Of a stretch of 64,000 bases of DNA, positions 29,461 through 39,426 are shown piece after piece. The notes under the pieces were generated by a model. The model was not told where the DNA came from. It made no database searches and saw only the letters and a list, made by a program, of their open reading frames with translations. Location: assembly GCA_045863335.1 (NCBI GenBank), contig BTVY01000024.1, positions 1-64,000 of the forward strand. Reading direction: 5' to 3'. Positions within the stretch are counted from its first letter, which is position 1. Each line of letters opens with the position of its first letter. The stretch is from Candidatus Hydrogenedentota bacterium (lineage in GTDB: Bacteria; Hydrogenedentota; Hydrogenedentia; Hydrogenedentales; SLHB01). The position numbers were made by a program, and so were the translations under genes.

Positions 29461-30330
29461 CTATCGGGTTGGCGCCGGCGTTCCCAGGGTCCCATCCTGC
29501 GCCTCGCGCCGGCGCTTCCGGCGTTCTTGTACTGCCAGTCCGCCCACAAGAGCCGCAATGGCCAATACCGTGACGGCACCCGCAAGACGAAGCGTCCGCA
29601 TAATGACAAGTCCGTAGGCGCCCGTCGTGGGATCGTAGTGATAACAAAGCAGCAGCAGCTCATCGGCCAACGTGCCGATGCGTTCCTGAGCCGCCTCGAT
29701 CAATCCGAACCGGAGATCCCGCTGGGGATATTCGATTCCGTAGAAGTACCGCGAGACCTTGCCTTCCGGAGTCAGCACCATGATTCCGCTGCCGTGGGCA
29801 AACTCGTCGATGCTGGGCATGTACTGGTAGCGAAAGCCCACCGCGCCTGCGATGGCGTCGATGTTTTCCTGAGTGCCGGTCAGGAAATGCCAACCGTCTC
29901 CCGCTTCCGGGACCCGGTAGGCTTCCATCATGTTCTTCTTCTTCATGGCGGCCAGTTCGGCGGTCTCGTCGGGGTCAAAGCTCACCGTGATAACCTGGTA
30001 CTCGTCGCCAATCGTGAATTCGAGTTCATTGAAAGCCGCCAGCATCCCTTGCAGCACCTCGCCGCACAGCATGGGGCATTCGTAATATACGAGCGCGAGC
30101 ACGGCCGGCTTGCCGTCCATCAGATCGCCGAGTTGAACCGCCTTCCCGGCTTCATCATTGAAGGTGAGGTCCAACGGCACCTGGCTGTCGAGCTTCTGAT
30201 CGATGCCCACTTCCGGAGGCGGCGGCGCGTTCAGCACCTGCGCCTGCGCAGTTGAAAGCAGCACTCCGAAGCAGCAGGCCAGCGCGCCTATCCAACGGAA
30301 AACGTTGCTATGTTGCGCGGATGATTTCAT
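29461..30330 (-). CDS. SCO family copper chaperone
   Basis: YYECPMLC (CxxxC), distal His in FAHGSG, C-terminal TM. Confidence 0.92.
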   Translation of the reverse strand: MKSSAQHSNVFRWIGALACCFGVLLSTAQAQVLNAPPPPEVGIDQKLDSQVPLDLTFNDEAGKAVQLGDLMDGKPAVLALVYYECPMLCGEVLQGMLAAFNELEFTIGDEYQVITVSFDPDETAELAAMKKKNMMEAYRVPEAGDGWHFLTGTQENIDAIAGAVGFRYQYMPSIDEFAHGSGIMVLTPEGKVSRYFYGIEYPQRDLRFGLIEAAQERIGTLADELLLLCYHYDPTTGAYGLVIMRTLRLAGAVTVLAIAALVGGLAVQERRKRRREAQDGTLGTPAPTR

Positions 30331-30803
30331 TGCTGCGCCGTTTCGTCTGCCGCCGGCTGTTGCGCTTCCGGTTGCTCACCGGTGGGTGCGGCAGCAGGAA
30401 GCGGTTGCGATACGTGATTCTCTTCGCCGTGCGGCAGCCCGCGTTCTGCGACGATCTCGAGCGCCGTGTCCACCGGAATATGCGCGACGCCCTTGGACTT
30501 GTCCACCCAGCCGTAGGTGTTACGCGCCGTATCCATCTTCTCGTTGTACTCTTTGAGATCCAGCGGCGGATTCGCCTGCAACCGGGGCGTCGGGGGCAGC
30601 ATGCGGTCACTGGCAAACGGCGAGGGCGTTGGCGTCACTTTGTCCGGCAAGGCTCGCAGGTATACAAAAAAACCGAATACGAAGATTGCCGAAATTACGG
30701 TCACAATGGCGAGTCCGGTAAGAGACCAGAACACGAGCGACCCCGGAACGTCCCGGGTTTCATAGCCGGGATCACCGTCGGTGTGTTTATGCTCGTCATG
30801 CAT
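30327..30803 (-). CDS. ActG-like small membrane protein of the alternative complex III cluster
   Basis: GYETRDV, single TM, PRLQ..P, YGWVDK..GVAHIPV. Sits between actF and SCO. Confidence 0.65.
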   Translation of the reverse strand: MHDEHKHTDGDPGYETRDVPGSLVFWSLTGLAIVTVISAIFVFGFFVYLRALPDKVTPTPSPFASDRMLPPTPRLQANPPLDLKEYNEKMDTARNTYGWVDKSKGVAHIPVDTALEIVAERGLPHGEENHVSQPLPAAAPTGEQPEAQQPAADETAQQ

Positions 30804-32007
30804 GTTCGAGTGCCTCCTGATGGCCGTGTTGGACCGTCTTGGCAAGGGCGGCCTCCATTCGCTGATCGTTCAGCGGGAGCAGTGGATACTTCCTCAATTG
30901 AGATGCGAAGAAGTACACCCAGATGCCGCCCATGGCCACTTGGGCCGCGATGTCGAGGAAATGCAGTCCCACCTCTTTCGGGTGGAACGCCGGCGTGATG
31001 ATCCAGTACACGTCGACGAAGCGCATGGCGAAGATCCAGAAGGCCATGATGATCAGGCCCCGGGTCCGTTTTACGCGGCGCTGCATGAGAATGAACATGG
31101 GCAGCGCGAAGTGGAACAGAATCAATATCACCGCGATGAGATTCAGACCGGGACTCTGCCGATTCAAATACCAAGGAATCTCCTCCGGCAGATTTCCTGA
31201 CCAGGTAATCAGGAACTGCGAGAAGGACATGTACGACCAGAGCACGACGAAGCCGCACATCAAACTGCCCAGGTGATGGAAATAGTCGGTGGACATCACC
31301 TTCGAGTGCGGTTCATCCTTCGCGACCTTGGAAAGGATGAGCGTCGCAAACGCCAGGCACGCCAGCCCATTTCCCACGATGAACAGGGGCGCATATATCG
31401 TGCTGAACCATTCCGGCTCGAGAGACATTCCCCAGTCGGTCATCGCAAAGGTCATGGTTATGACGTATAGGACAAGACCGGGACCGCTGACCCAGCGCAT
31501 TTTCAGACACAAGCGCTGGTTGCCGCTTTGATCGAGCTTTCGCGAATAGTTGGTCAACACGAACATGAGACCCAGCCAGATGGCGTAGTAGACAAAGGCG
31601 CGCAGCGTGAAGAACGGCGTGTTCAGGTACTGCAATTTCTCGTGTACGATCTCGCTGTCCGCCAGGCGGCCGCCGGGCATCCACGGGAAAAGCGAAGGCC
31701 CTGCCAGGAAAAGAATCGGGAGAAACAACAACGCTGTAACGGGCAGGGTGCGCGCCCCGGCTTCCAGCATGCGCTGGATCATGTAGCCCCAACGTCCCTG
31801 GACCATGTGGTGGAGCATAAGGGCGGACAAGCAGCCCAGGCCCAAGCCGTTCCAGAAAATGAAGGCGTACAGATACGACTCGAAAAACTGCGCCTTCCCG
31901 GCGAGGAACGCTCCAATGACACAGACGATTGCGCCCGCGATACCCACAATCAGGGCTCGACTCTGCAATTGGGCCAATTTCGGATTGTCGTTCTTAGTGT
32001 GCTGCAT
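30796..32007 (-). CDS. actF: alternative complex III membrane subunit F
   Basis: Polytopic NrfD-like paralog: DWGMSLEPEWFSTIY, FSQFLITWSGNLPEEIPWY. Confidence 0.88.
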   Translation of the reverse strand: MQHTKNDNPKLAQLQSRALIVGIAGAIVCVIGAFLAGKAQFFESYLYAFIFWNGLGLGCLSALMLHHMVQGRWGYMIQRMLEAGARTLPVTALLFLPILFLAGPSLFPWMPGGRLADSEIVHEKLQYLNTPFFTLRAFVYYAIWLGLMFVLTNYSRKLDQSGNQRLCLKMRWVSGPGLVLYVITMTFAMTDWGMSLEPEWFSTIYAPLFIVGNGLACLAFATLILSKVAKDEPHSKVMSTDYFHHLGSLMCGFVVLWSYMSFSQFLITWSGNLPEEIPWYLNRQSPGLNLIAVILILFHFALPMFILMQRRVKRTRGLIIMAFWIFAMRFVDVYWIITPAFHPKEVGLHFLDIAAQVAMGGIWVYFFASQLRKYPLLPLNDQRMEAALAKTVQHGHQEALEHA

Positions 32008-32680
32008 GGTTCGCTTCGTTACTCGTTGCGGTTGGTTCCGGTTGCGGATCTTCCAATTCCTTCCGCACATCCGGTGGGAGTTCGTTTACATTCGCATGCT
32101 GACTCAGTTGCAGTACACGGATATACGCCGCGATAGCCCATCGATCTTCCGGTTCGATGCGCGACGCGTAGCTGTACATCACGCCGAATCCGTTGGTGAT
32201 CACGTCGAAGAAGTATCCCGGAGGCGATTCCTGCAGGCGGGGAATGTGGTAGTTGCCCGCCTGCTTCATTTCCCGCTGCACGATCATGCCGTTTCCGTCG
32301 CCGATGGGGCTGTGGCACGGCGCGCAGAAGATCGCGTAGCGTTCTTTGCCACGTTCCAGGACCTCGCGCGTCACTTCGAACGGGAAGACGCTGGCGTATT
32401 CGCCGTTGATCTTGCCCGTATACATAAAGTCGCCGATATTGGCCGACGCGCCGTAGGGCACGACGTTATCCGGCAAAGACAGCGCGGTCCGGCCATCGTC
32501 CATAAACGGCGCGAACGCTTCCTTCTCCAACGGTTTGATGCGGCCGCGGTCCCACATGCCCTGGTGACACCCAGACGCAGCGATTGCCGCGATTACGGCA
32601 ACAATCGCGACGAATACGCGAACCGAATGGGCGCGTTTGGGGCACTGGAACAATGCCTCTGATAATCTGTTCGTCATCAC
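31994..32680 (-). CDS. actE: alternative complex III monoheme cytochrome c lipoprotein
   Basis: Lipobox ASGC, CAPCH, ITNGFGVMYSY, DRWAIAAYIRVLQ. Confidence 0.9.
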   Translation of the reverse strand: MMTNRLSEALFQCPKRAHSVRVFVAIVAVIAAIAASGCHQGMWDRGRIKPLEKEAFAPFMDDGRTALSLPDNVVPYGASANIGDFMYTGKINGEYASVFPFEVTREVLERGKERYAIFCAPCHSPIGDGNGMIVQREMKQAGNYHIPRLQESPPGYFFDVITNGFGVMYSYASRIEPEDRWAIAAYIRVLQLSQHANVNELPPDVRKELEDPQPEPTATSNEANHAAH

Positions 32681-33237
32681 TGCTCTACCACCGAGACCGC
32701 TTTCGCGCCCAGCCCTTCCAGGAACACGCGGGTCTCGCCTTCGTCGTACTTGTCGTCATTCGCTTCGATACACAAGAAGAACGCATCGCGCGATGCCAGG
32801 TCGAACCGGGGCGCGTTGAACATGGGGTGATACGGCATCGGCAGGCCGTTCATGGCAAACATGCCAAACACTGCCGAGAAGGCCGCGAACAAGATGCCCA
32901 TCTCGAACGTGATCGGTATGTACATGGGCCAACTCATCAAGGGGCGGCCGCCAATCAGATACGGGTAATGCAACACCATGGCGATGTATTGCATCAGGAA
33001 TCCCGACGCCGCGCCGGTCAAGCCCCCCGCCAAAACCAGCGGAGCGACCATGTTCTTCTTGAAACCGACCGCCTCATCCAGCCCGTGAATCGGGAACGGC
33101 GTGTAGGCTTCGAACTGCCGGTAGCCTTCCTTGTAGGTCCGCTGCGCGGCCGACAAGATGACGTCGGGGTCGTCGAATTCCGCGACCAGGCCGTACACCT
33201 TCGGGCCGTCGGAATCTATCTCGTGTTCAGCGTGCAT
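32677..33237 (-). CDS. actD: alternative complex III subunit D (DUF3341-like)
   Basis: YTPFPIHGLDEA, YPYLIGGRP, PITFE. Confidence 0.9.
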   Translation of the reverse strand: MHAEHEIDSDGPKVYGLVAEFDDPDVILSAAQRTYKEGYRQFEAYTPFPIHGLDEAVGFKKNMVAPLVLAGGLTGAASGFLMQYIAMVLHYPYLIGGRPLMSWPMYIPITFEMGILFAAFSAVFGMFAMNGLPMPYHPMFNAPRFDLASRDAFFLCIEANDDKYDEGETRVFLEGLGAKAVSVVEQ

Positions 33238-33240
33238 CCC

Positions 33241-34659
33241 TTAGTGGTCCTCGACTTGCTTATGGGATTCCCGTTGCTTTTGCTGATGCAACAGGGCTTT
33301 CAATTCGAATACGGAAATCATGGGCAGGAACCGCACGAACAACAGGAACAGGAACAGGAACAGTCCAATCGTGCCCAGGTAGGTCGCCCAATCCCAGAAC
33401 GTCCCGTGGTAATTACCCCAGGACGAGGGCAGGAAGTCGCGGGCCAGACTCGTCACGACGATGACGTAGCGTTCGAGCCACATGCCCACACTGACGACCA
33501 TGCAGATGGCGAACAGGATGTACAGGTTGTAACGCACCCGCTTGAACCAGAGGAACTGCGGAACCAGGCCGTTGCAGAAGATGAGCGCCCAGTAGGACCA
33601 TGCGTAGTGGCTCGCGCCGCCGGTGACGCCCATGCGGTTGGTAAACATCATGTATTTCTCGTAGATGTTGCCGCTGTACCAGGCGTAAAAGGCTTCCGAC
33701 GCGTATCCGTACAAGACGATCAGCCCGGTGACCAACATGACTTTCGCCATGTTGTCGATGTGCTTCATCGTAATGAGGTCTTCAATGTGGTAGAGCTTGC
33801 GCACGGGAATCGCGAGGGTCAGCACCATCGCAAATCCGGCGTACACGGCGCCCGCGACGAAGTACGGCGGGAAGATCGTCGTATGCCACCCGGGAATGAT
33901 GCCCACGGCGAAGTCGAAACTCACGACGCTGTGCACCGACACCACGAGGGGCGTCGAGATGCCCGCAAGCAGCAGATAGGCCATTTCATAACGCGACCAG
34001 TGGCGGGCCGAGCCGCGCCATCCGAGGGCGCCCATACCGAAGGCGATCTTGGCGAAGCGGTTTTTCGCGCGGTCGCGCAGCCCCGCCAAGTCAGGCACAA
34101 GGCCGACGTACCAGAATAGCGCGGACACGGTGCCGTACGTGGAGATGGCGAACACGTCCCACACGAGCGGGCTGCGGAACTGCGGCCACAGCGCCATCGT
34201 ATTCGGATACGGCAAGATGAAGTAGAACAGCCACGGGCGGCCCATGTGGAGCAGCGGGAACAAACCCGCGCACGCCACGGCGAACAGCGTCATGGCCTCG
34301 GCGAACCGGTTGATGGACGTGCGCCAATCCTGCATAAGCAGAAGAAGAATGGCTGAAATGAGCGTTCCCGCGTGGCCGATACCAATCCACCACACGAAGT
34401 TGATGATGGCCCAGCCCCAGGCGACGGGAATCTGGATGCCCCAGATTCCAACGCCTTTGGCAAACAGATAGCCCACCGCGTTGAGGAGAAGCAGGAGCAA
34501 CAGGGATGCAACCCCCATCGTGATGAACCACGATTTGGGGTGCGGCTTCCGATCGACGATGTCGTTGACCTTGTCGGTCAACGTACCGTAGTCGTGTCCC
34601 GGCTCCAATAAGGGCGGCTGGGGATCAATGTCCGTGAGTTTGTTCTGTACCACTGCCAT
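33241..34659 (-). CDS. actC: alternative complex III quinol-binding NrfD-type subunit
   Basis: NFVWWIGIGHAGTLISAIL, WRTSINRFAEAMT, HMGRPW, SVHSVVSFDFA. Confidence 0.95.
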   Translation of the reverse strand: MAVVQNKLTDIDPQPPLLEPGHDYGTLTDKVNDIVDRKPHPKSWFITMGVASLLLLLLLNAVGYLFAKGVGIWGIQIPVAWGWAIINFVWWIGIGHAGTLISAILLLLMQDWRTSINRFAEAMTLFAVACAGLFPLLHMGRPWLFYFILPYPNTMALWPQFRSPLVWDVFAISTYGTVSALFWYVGLVPDLAGLRDRAKNRFAKIAFGMGALGWRGSARHWSRYEMAYLLLAGISTPLVVSVHSVVSFDFAVGIIPGWHTTIFPPYFVAGAVYAGFAMVLTLAIPVRKLYHIEDLITMKHIDNMAKVMLVTGLIVLYGYASEAFYAWYSGNIYEKYMMFTNRMGVTGGASHYAWSYWALIFCNGLVPQFLWFKRVRYNLYILFAICMVVSVGMWLERYVIVVTSLARDFLPSSWGNYHGTFWDWATYLGTIGLFLFLFLLFVRFLPMISVFELKALLHQQKQRESHKQVEDH

Positions 34660-37600
34660 GTGTCGTAGGCGCCTCAAGCTCGGGGTTCGGGTTGCGAAGT
34701 TTTGCCAAATAGGTCGTCCGGGGACGGGTATTCAGGTCGGCGAGCAGGCCGTAGTTGCGCGGGCTCGCCTTCCATTTCGATACGGTGCTGTCCGGATCGC
34801 TGATATCGCCAAAGACGATCGCGCCGGCGGGGCAGGCGGTCTGGCACGCGGTAACGATCTCGCCGTCGCGCACCTTGCGTCCTTCCTTCTTGGCCTCGAT
34901 ACGGGCCAGATTGATGCGCTGCACGCAGTAGGTGCATTTCTCCATGACGCCGCGGGTTCGGACGGTTACGTCGGGGTTGTATGCCATCTGCCGCACCGGA
35001 GTGCTGCGGTCGGAGTATTCCAGGAAGTTGAAGCGGCGCACTTTGTAAGGACAGTTGTTCGAGCAATACCGGGTCCCGACGCAACGGTTGTACACCATGT
35101 CGTTGAGGCCCTCTGCACTGTGAACGGTTGCCGCCACCGGGCAAACGACTTCACAGGGGGCATTCTCGCACTGCATGCACGGCACGGGCTGATGAACCAC
35201 TTCGGGATCGCCCGCGGGATCGCCTTTGTAATAGCGGTCGACGCGAATCCAGTGCATCTCGCGCTGGGCGATGACCTGGTCCCGGCCCACGACGGGGATG
35301 TTGTTTTCCGCCTGACACGCGATGGTGCAAACGCCGCATCCGGTGCAGGCGTTGAGGTCGATGGCCATCCCCCACTTGTATCCGTCGTACTCGTGTTCGG
35401 GGAACAGGGTCATGTCCTGCGCGGGGACGTGGCCCATGTGCTGGGCAAATTCGGGGTGTTCCTCAAACTCGTGGAGCGTGCCGACGCGCGCCAGGGGGCG
35501 GCCTTCCTGCGTCAGCACTTGATGCAACTCGGTGCGCGCCAACTGAGCGCCCGTGCTGATTCGGCGCAGCACGGCGCCGACGGCAAACTGCATCGTGTCG
35601 GCGGTACGCAAAAGATAGGCGTTGAACCCGGCACCGTTGCCAACCTTGCCCGCGCGGTCGCGACCATACCCCAGGTGCAACGTCACGGTGTTGTCCGGAT
35701 GACCGGGCTGCACCCAGATTTGCCCCTTCGCCGTCCGCTCGCCCGCCTTGACCTCGACCACGTCGAAGACGTTGAGGCCCAGCTGTCGAGCGGTTTCAAA
35801 ACTGACGATTACGGCATTGTCCCACGTCAGCTTGGTGAGCGGTTTGGGCAATTCCTGCAACCAACCATTGTTGGCCCAACGGCCATCCCCGATCGTGGGG
35901 TCCGGCCGGAAGACAACTTCCAACTCGCCTTCGCCGGAAATCGTCGCGGCCTGTGTGGCGGCATTCGCGCTGAGCGCTACGGACTTCGGCTGAAACGCCG
36001 TGTTTTCAATGAATCCTTTGCTCAACGCGGTTCGCCACGCCACATCGAAGCCCGTTTGCCCAAGCTGGCTTTGCCAATACTGGCGAACCACGTCGTAGGC
36101 GGAAGCGGGCTGTCCGGCAATCGCCGACACCATTTCTTGCGCGGTCTTACCACCGTACAGCGGGACGATGAGCGGCTGAATGATGCTGACCGTTCCGTCG
36201 ATGGAACGAACGTCGTCCCAAGACTCCAGATAGTGAGCCTGGGGGATGTGCCAATGACAGAGCACGCCGGTCTCATCCACATAGAGGCCGAGGTGGATGC
36301 GATGACTTACCTTGTCCAGGGCGGCCGCGAAATTGAGGTCGGCGGGGGCGTTGTACACCGGGTTCCCGCCGAGGATAACCAGCGTGTGGACCTTGCCGGC
36401 TTCCATATCGCGAACGAGTTCGCGCAAAGACTCGATTTGATTGACCGGCTCGGCTTCGACCGGGTCCGTGTAGACGACGGATTTGCCGGCGTTGCCGAGG
36501 GCATCATTCATTGCGTGCGCCAACGCGTGGAGCGACGCGGGTTGACCGTCGCCCGGCACCACGACGCAGGCGCCCGGGTGCCCTTTAAGATCCGCGGCCA
36601 CGGCGGCGACCCATTCCTGCAAGGACCCGTCGGGATCCGCGCCCGGGGCGGCAACGCCGATGGCGCGCGCGATGGCGCGCGCGATGATTTCGACCTGGCT
36701 CGGCGCCACATGCTTGACGTGGTCGGCGGAGGCGCCCGTCAACGTGGGGGTGCTTTCCAGAGCGTAGAGGCGATTCATGTTGGGGTGCGCCCCTTCCACG
36801 GACCGTCGCTTCGCAAAATCATTTGCGTATCGGACACATCCCGGCGCACCGCCAAGCAGGTCCGCATCGAGCGTCAAGATGACATCGGCCTTCGAGAGGT
36901 CATACCGCGTTTCGACGTACTGACCGAAGGCCGTCTGGGCGCCGGCGCGGGCGGAATCGCGGTTCACCGGCTCGTACTGGTGCCAGCGCGCCGACGGCAT
37001 GGCTTCGAGAAGCGCGCGAATGCCCGCCGCCAGAGAAGGCGAACCGACGGTTTCCGTCAGAATGCGAAGCCCTTCACCGGCGCTGTCGCGAAGACCCTCG
37101 CCGATCTTTGCCCCGGCGGAGTCTTTGGGTCCGTTCACCAGAACGTCCATTTCGCTCGTGAAGATGTCCCACGTGGAGATCCGCCCGAGTTTGAGCGGTG
37201 CCGTCGACCGATCCGGATCGTAGAGACTCAATACGGAAGCCTGCGCGAAGATATCGGTCGCGCCATTGGCGGTGCTTGCGGGATGAAGGGGATTCCCCTC
37301 GATCTTCGTCGGGCGGCCGGTGTGGCTCTCGGCCAGCAGACCGATGCCGTATCCGGACAAGGGCATGGCCGTCGCAAAGTACATAGGCGCGCCGGGAACC
37401 ATCTCCTTCGGCGGTGTCACGTAGGGGATGATGTGTTCGGTTGGCTGGCGCGAGCATGCCGAGGTCAAACCGGCAAGCGCCAGCGACGCCCCCATGACCT
37501 TGAGGAACTTGCGGCGCTCCACGCCGCTTTCCATCACCGACGCTTCGCGTGGAAACTCGCGGTAGAGGAAATCGCGGAACTCTTCCGTGTCCGCCAGTTG

Positions 37601-37741
37601 CTCCAGCCCCTGCCAGTACTCCGGACCGCTCCGTTCCTGCAAGCGTTCCCGGATCGTGTCGAGGTTAATGGGTTCCCGTGTTTTTTCTTCGGTATTCACG
37701 ATTGAATTTGCACCTGGCTTCACACTGCTCATCGGTGGCAC
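34625..37741 (-). CDS. actB: alternative complex III molybdopterin-oxidoreductase-like / Fe-S subunit
   Basis: Tat-variant leader (YWQGLEQL...REFP...RRKFLK). C-terminal ferredoxin Cys clusters CTGCGVC, CMQC..PC..VCP, CVGTRYC, CTYC...CQTACP. Confidence 0.95.
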   Translation of the reverse strand: MPPMSSVKPGANSIVNTEEKTREPINLDTIRERLQERSGPEYWQGLEQLADTEEFRDFLYREFPREASVMESGVERRKFLKVMGASLALAGLTSACSRQPTEHIIPYVTPPKEMVPGAPMYFATAMPLSGYGIGLLAESHTGRPTKIEGNPLHPASTANGATDIFAQASVLSLYDPDRSTAPLKLGRISTWDIFTSEMDVLVNGPKDSAGAKIGEGLRDSAGEGLRILTETVGSPSLAAGIRALLEAMPSARWHQYEPVNRDSARAGAQTAFGQYVETRYDLSKADVILTLDADLLGGAPGCVRYANDFAKRRSVEGAHPNMNRLYALESTPTLTGASADHVKHVAPSQVEIIARAIARAIGVAAPGADPDGSLQEWVAAVAADLKGHPGACVVVPGDGQPASLHALAHAMNDALGNAGKSVVYTDPVEAEPVNQIESLRELVRDMEAGKVHTLVILGGNPVYNAPADLNFAAALDKVSHRIHLGLYVDETGVLCHWHIPQAHYLESWDDVRSIDGTVSIIQPLIVPLYGGKTAQEMVSAIAGQPASAYDVVRQYWQSQLGQTGFDVAWRTALSKGFIENTAFQPKSVALSANAATQAATISGEGELEVVFRPDPTIGDGRWANNGWLQELPKPLTKLTWDNAVIVSFETARQLGLNVFDVVEVKAGERTAKGQIWVQPGHPDNTVTLHLGYGRDRAGKVGNGAGFNAYLLRTADTMQFAVGAVLRRISTGAQLARTELHQVLTQEGRPLARVGTLHEFEEHPEFAQHMGHVPAQDMTLFPEHEYDGYKWGMAIDLNACTGCGVCTIACQAENNIPVVGRDQVIAQREMHWIRVDRYYKGDPAGDPEVVHQPVPCMQCENAPCEVVCPVAATVHSAEGLNDMVYNRCVGTRYCSNNCPYKVRRFNFLEYSDRSTPVRQMAYNPDVTVRTRGVMEKCTYCVQRINLARIEAKKEGRKVRDGEIVTACQTACPAGAIVFGDISDPDSTVSKWKASPRNYGLLADLNTRPRTTYLAKLRNPNPELEAPTTHGSGTEQTHGH

Positions 37742-38391
37742 ACCGAACAGTTGGTCAACTGCTGTTTGTTGATGTCGTACTCTTCAACGAGGCGCTTGCC
37801 CATCTCGAGCTGGGATTCCTCTCCCGAAGGCCTCCAGTTCATGTTGAACACTTCTTCCTTGGGCCGGATGAACTTTTCCGGCGCCTTATGGCATTCGAGA
37901 CACCACTGCATGTGAAGCGTCTGCCCCTTCGACATGAGTGGCATCTGATTCACCTGGCCGTGACACGTGACGCAGCCAATGCCCTTGTTCACATGGATGC
38001 TATGATTGAAATAGACGAAGTCAGGAAGATCGTTGACGCGAACCCACTCCAGCGGCTCTCCTGTGGCCCAGCTCTGACGCACCGGCTCCAACATGGGCGC
38101 TTCGGTCCAAACCTGTGAGTGGCAGGTCATGCACGTTTCGGTCGGAGGGATTCCCGCGAAGGCATTGTCCTCCACGGAGGTATGGCAGAACCGGCAATCG
38201 ATGCCGAGGGCGTCCACATGGTGCTTATGGCTGAATGGCACGGTTTGTTCGCGAGCCATACCTACGCGGGTCACGAATGGAGAACGATAGAAGATGCCCG
38301 CACCTGCGCAAATGACCCCTAAGAGAAGGACCCCCCCAATGATGCTTCCACGGGCGACCGTGTTCATGCTGGACGGGAAAATCTGTGCCAC
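37729..38391 (-). CDS. actA: alternative complex III pentaheme cytochrome c
   Basis: Five CxxCH motifs (CRFCH, CMTCH, CVTCH, CLECH, CSVCH), QTVPFSHKHH, N-terminal TM, GTG start. Confidence 0.95.
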   Translation of the reverse strand: MAQIFPSSMNTVARGSIIGGVLLLGVICAGAGIFYRSPFVTRVGMAREQTVPFSHKHHVDALGIDCRFCHTSVEDNAFAGIPPTETCMTCHSQVWTEAPMLEPVRQSWATGEPLEWVRVNDLPDFVYFNHSIHVNKGIGCVTCHGQVNQMPLMSKGQTLHMQWCLECHKAPEKFIRPKEEVFNMNWRPSGEESQLEMGKRLVEEYDINKQQLTNCSVCHR

Positions 38392-38685
38392 CTGAATACC
38401 TCATCCCACGTACATCAATCCGGCGCACGGCGGGGAGGCAATACCTCTCCCCCGTTCGCAGCGCGACAGAACTTGCTCGCACGTGTCTGATACGTTCCCC
38501 GGCACCAGTACCGGGTCAGCCTTGCCTGATGTTTCCGGACAGAGTTCTCTTGAGAGCGGACTACCACTCGTGTTGGAATCTGAACCGATTGCCTGAAGCG
38601 CCGGTACGTGAACCCGCTTGTCAGCGCACTTCCCGCGACGCCCTACCAACTGCGTCTACGAGAGCCCAACGCTCAGGGAGCCGTG

Positions 38686-38714
38686 AGTGTAATGGCTCCG
38701 ATCCCGAAAGTCAA
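38686..38714 (-). promoter_or_regulatory. sigma70-type promoter of the act-cox operon
   Basis: Minus strand reads TTGACT-N17-TACACT, ~290 nt upstream of actA. Confidence 0.65.
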
Positions 38715-39046
38715 CAACTTTTTCGCGATCAATTTCGCGATTCATCGGTAACTGTATCTGCCCCATGGACTCCGGAACGGGAATATTGGACGCAGGTTGC
38801 TCAAAAAACTGGATTTAGCGAGTTTTTCAGGCGGCGTAGAAATGGATCGTTGGGCGATGCTGGGTCCTGGCACAGCGCGTTCGAACAACGGCCGCAGAAG
38901 GGATTCCATCCGTGAGATCGCGCACGATTACCGGATGCGTTGTGACGGCCAAGAACAAAGACACGCGTCAAGCCGCGCACGCTCTCGCGACCTCGTCCAC
39001 TCGCCATCCAAGTGTTTGCCAAGGGGGTGAAGTTTTTGAAGTGTTC

Positions 39047-39217
39047 ATGGGGCGTTGCCCCATGCTGGTATAGAGCGCGCCGTTGGCGCAGGTATCACGA
39101 TAGCTCGTGTCACAAAGTAATTCTCCCGAGGGCCAACGGCCCGAACCATACCAGCCTGGGCCGCAGGCCCAGGGCCAGGAAAAATCACTTGCCGAGAGGG
39201 CTGAAAGCCCGGCCTAT
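39047..39217. repeat. REP-like palindromic cluster (family C)
   Basis: Nested short hairpins TGGGGCGTTGCCCCA, GGGCCAACGGCCC, CCTGGGCCGCAGGCCCAGG, GGGCTGAAAGCCC. Related to 57830-58030. Confidence 0.65.
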
Positions 39218-39364
39218 TGCCCACGACGAGTCGGGCCAAATAATTGCAAATCTATTGCGGTTCGTGGGGCCGTGCGGGTTGAAATGTCAGCACCGCACCC
39301 TTTGTAAGGATATATTTCAAAAGCGCATACAACCGACCGGGGAGCGGGAACAACGAATGCGTCA

Positions 39365-39393
39365 TTGCGATCAGGTGGTTTATGTTCTAGACT
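39365..39393 (+). promoter_or_regulatory. sigma70-type promoter of the XRE regulator-ahcY unit
   Basis: TTGCGA-N17-TAGACT, 33 nt upstream of ATG 39427, which has a GAGGTG SD. Confidence 0.6.
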
Positions 39394-39426
39394 TTGAACG
39401 GGTATTGGCAGTCCGAGGTGATATAC

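Noticed and set aside
34628-37705. 1025-aa plus-strand ORF and similar long antisense ORFs (3032-4735, 23441-25057, 26879-28462, 39436-41283)
   Set aside because: Shadow frames of well-supported genes in GC-rich DNA, with no recognisable motifs.
39326-39400. SAH riboswitch upstream of the regulator-ahcY unit (GGAGCG...CAGG resemblance)
   Set aside because: Lacks the CUGCRAC core and the downstream CGCUC pseudoknot partner, and lies upstream of or within the predicted promoter, so it would not be transcribed. An Infernal scan would settle it.
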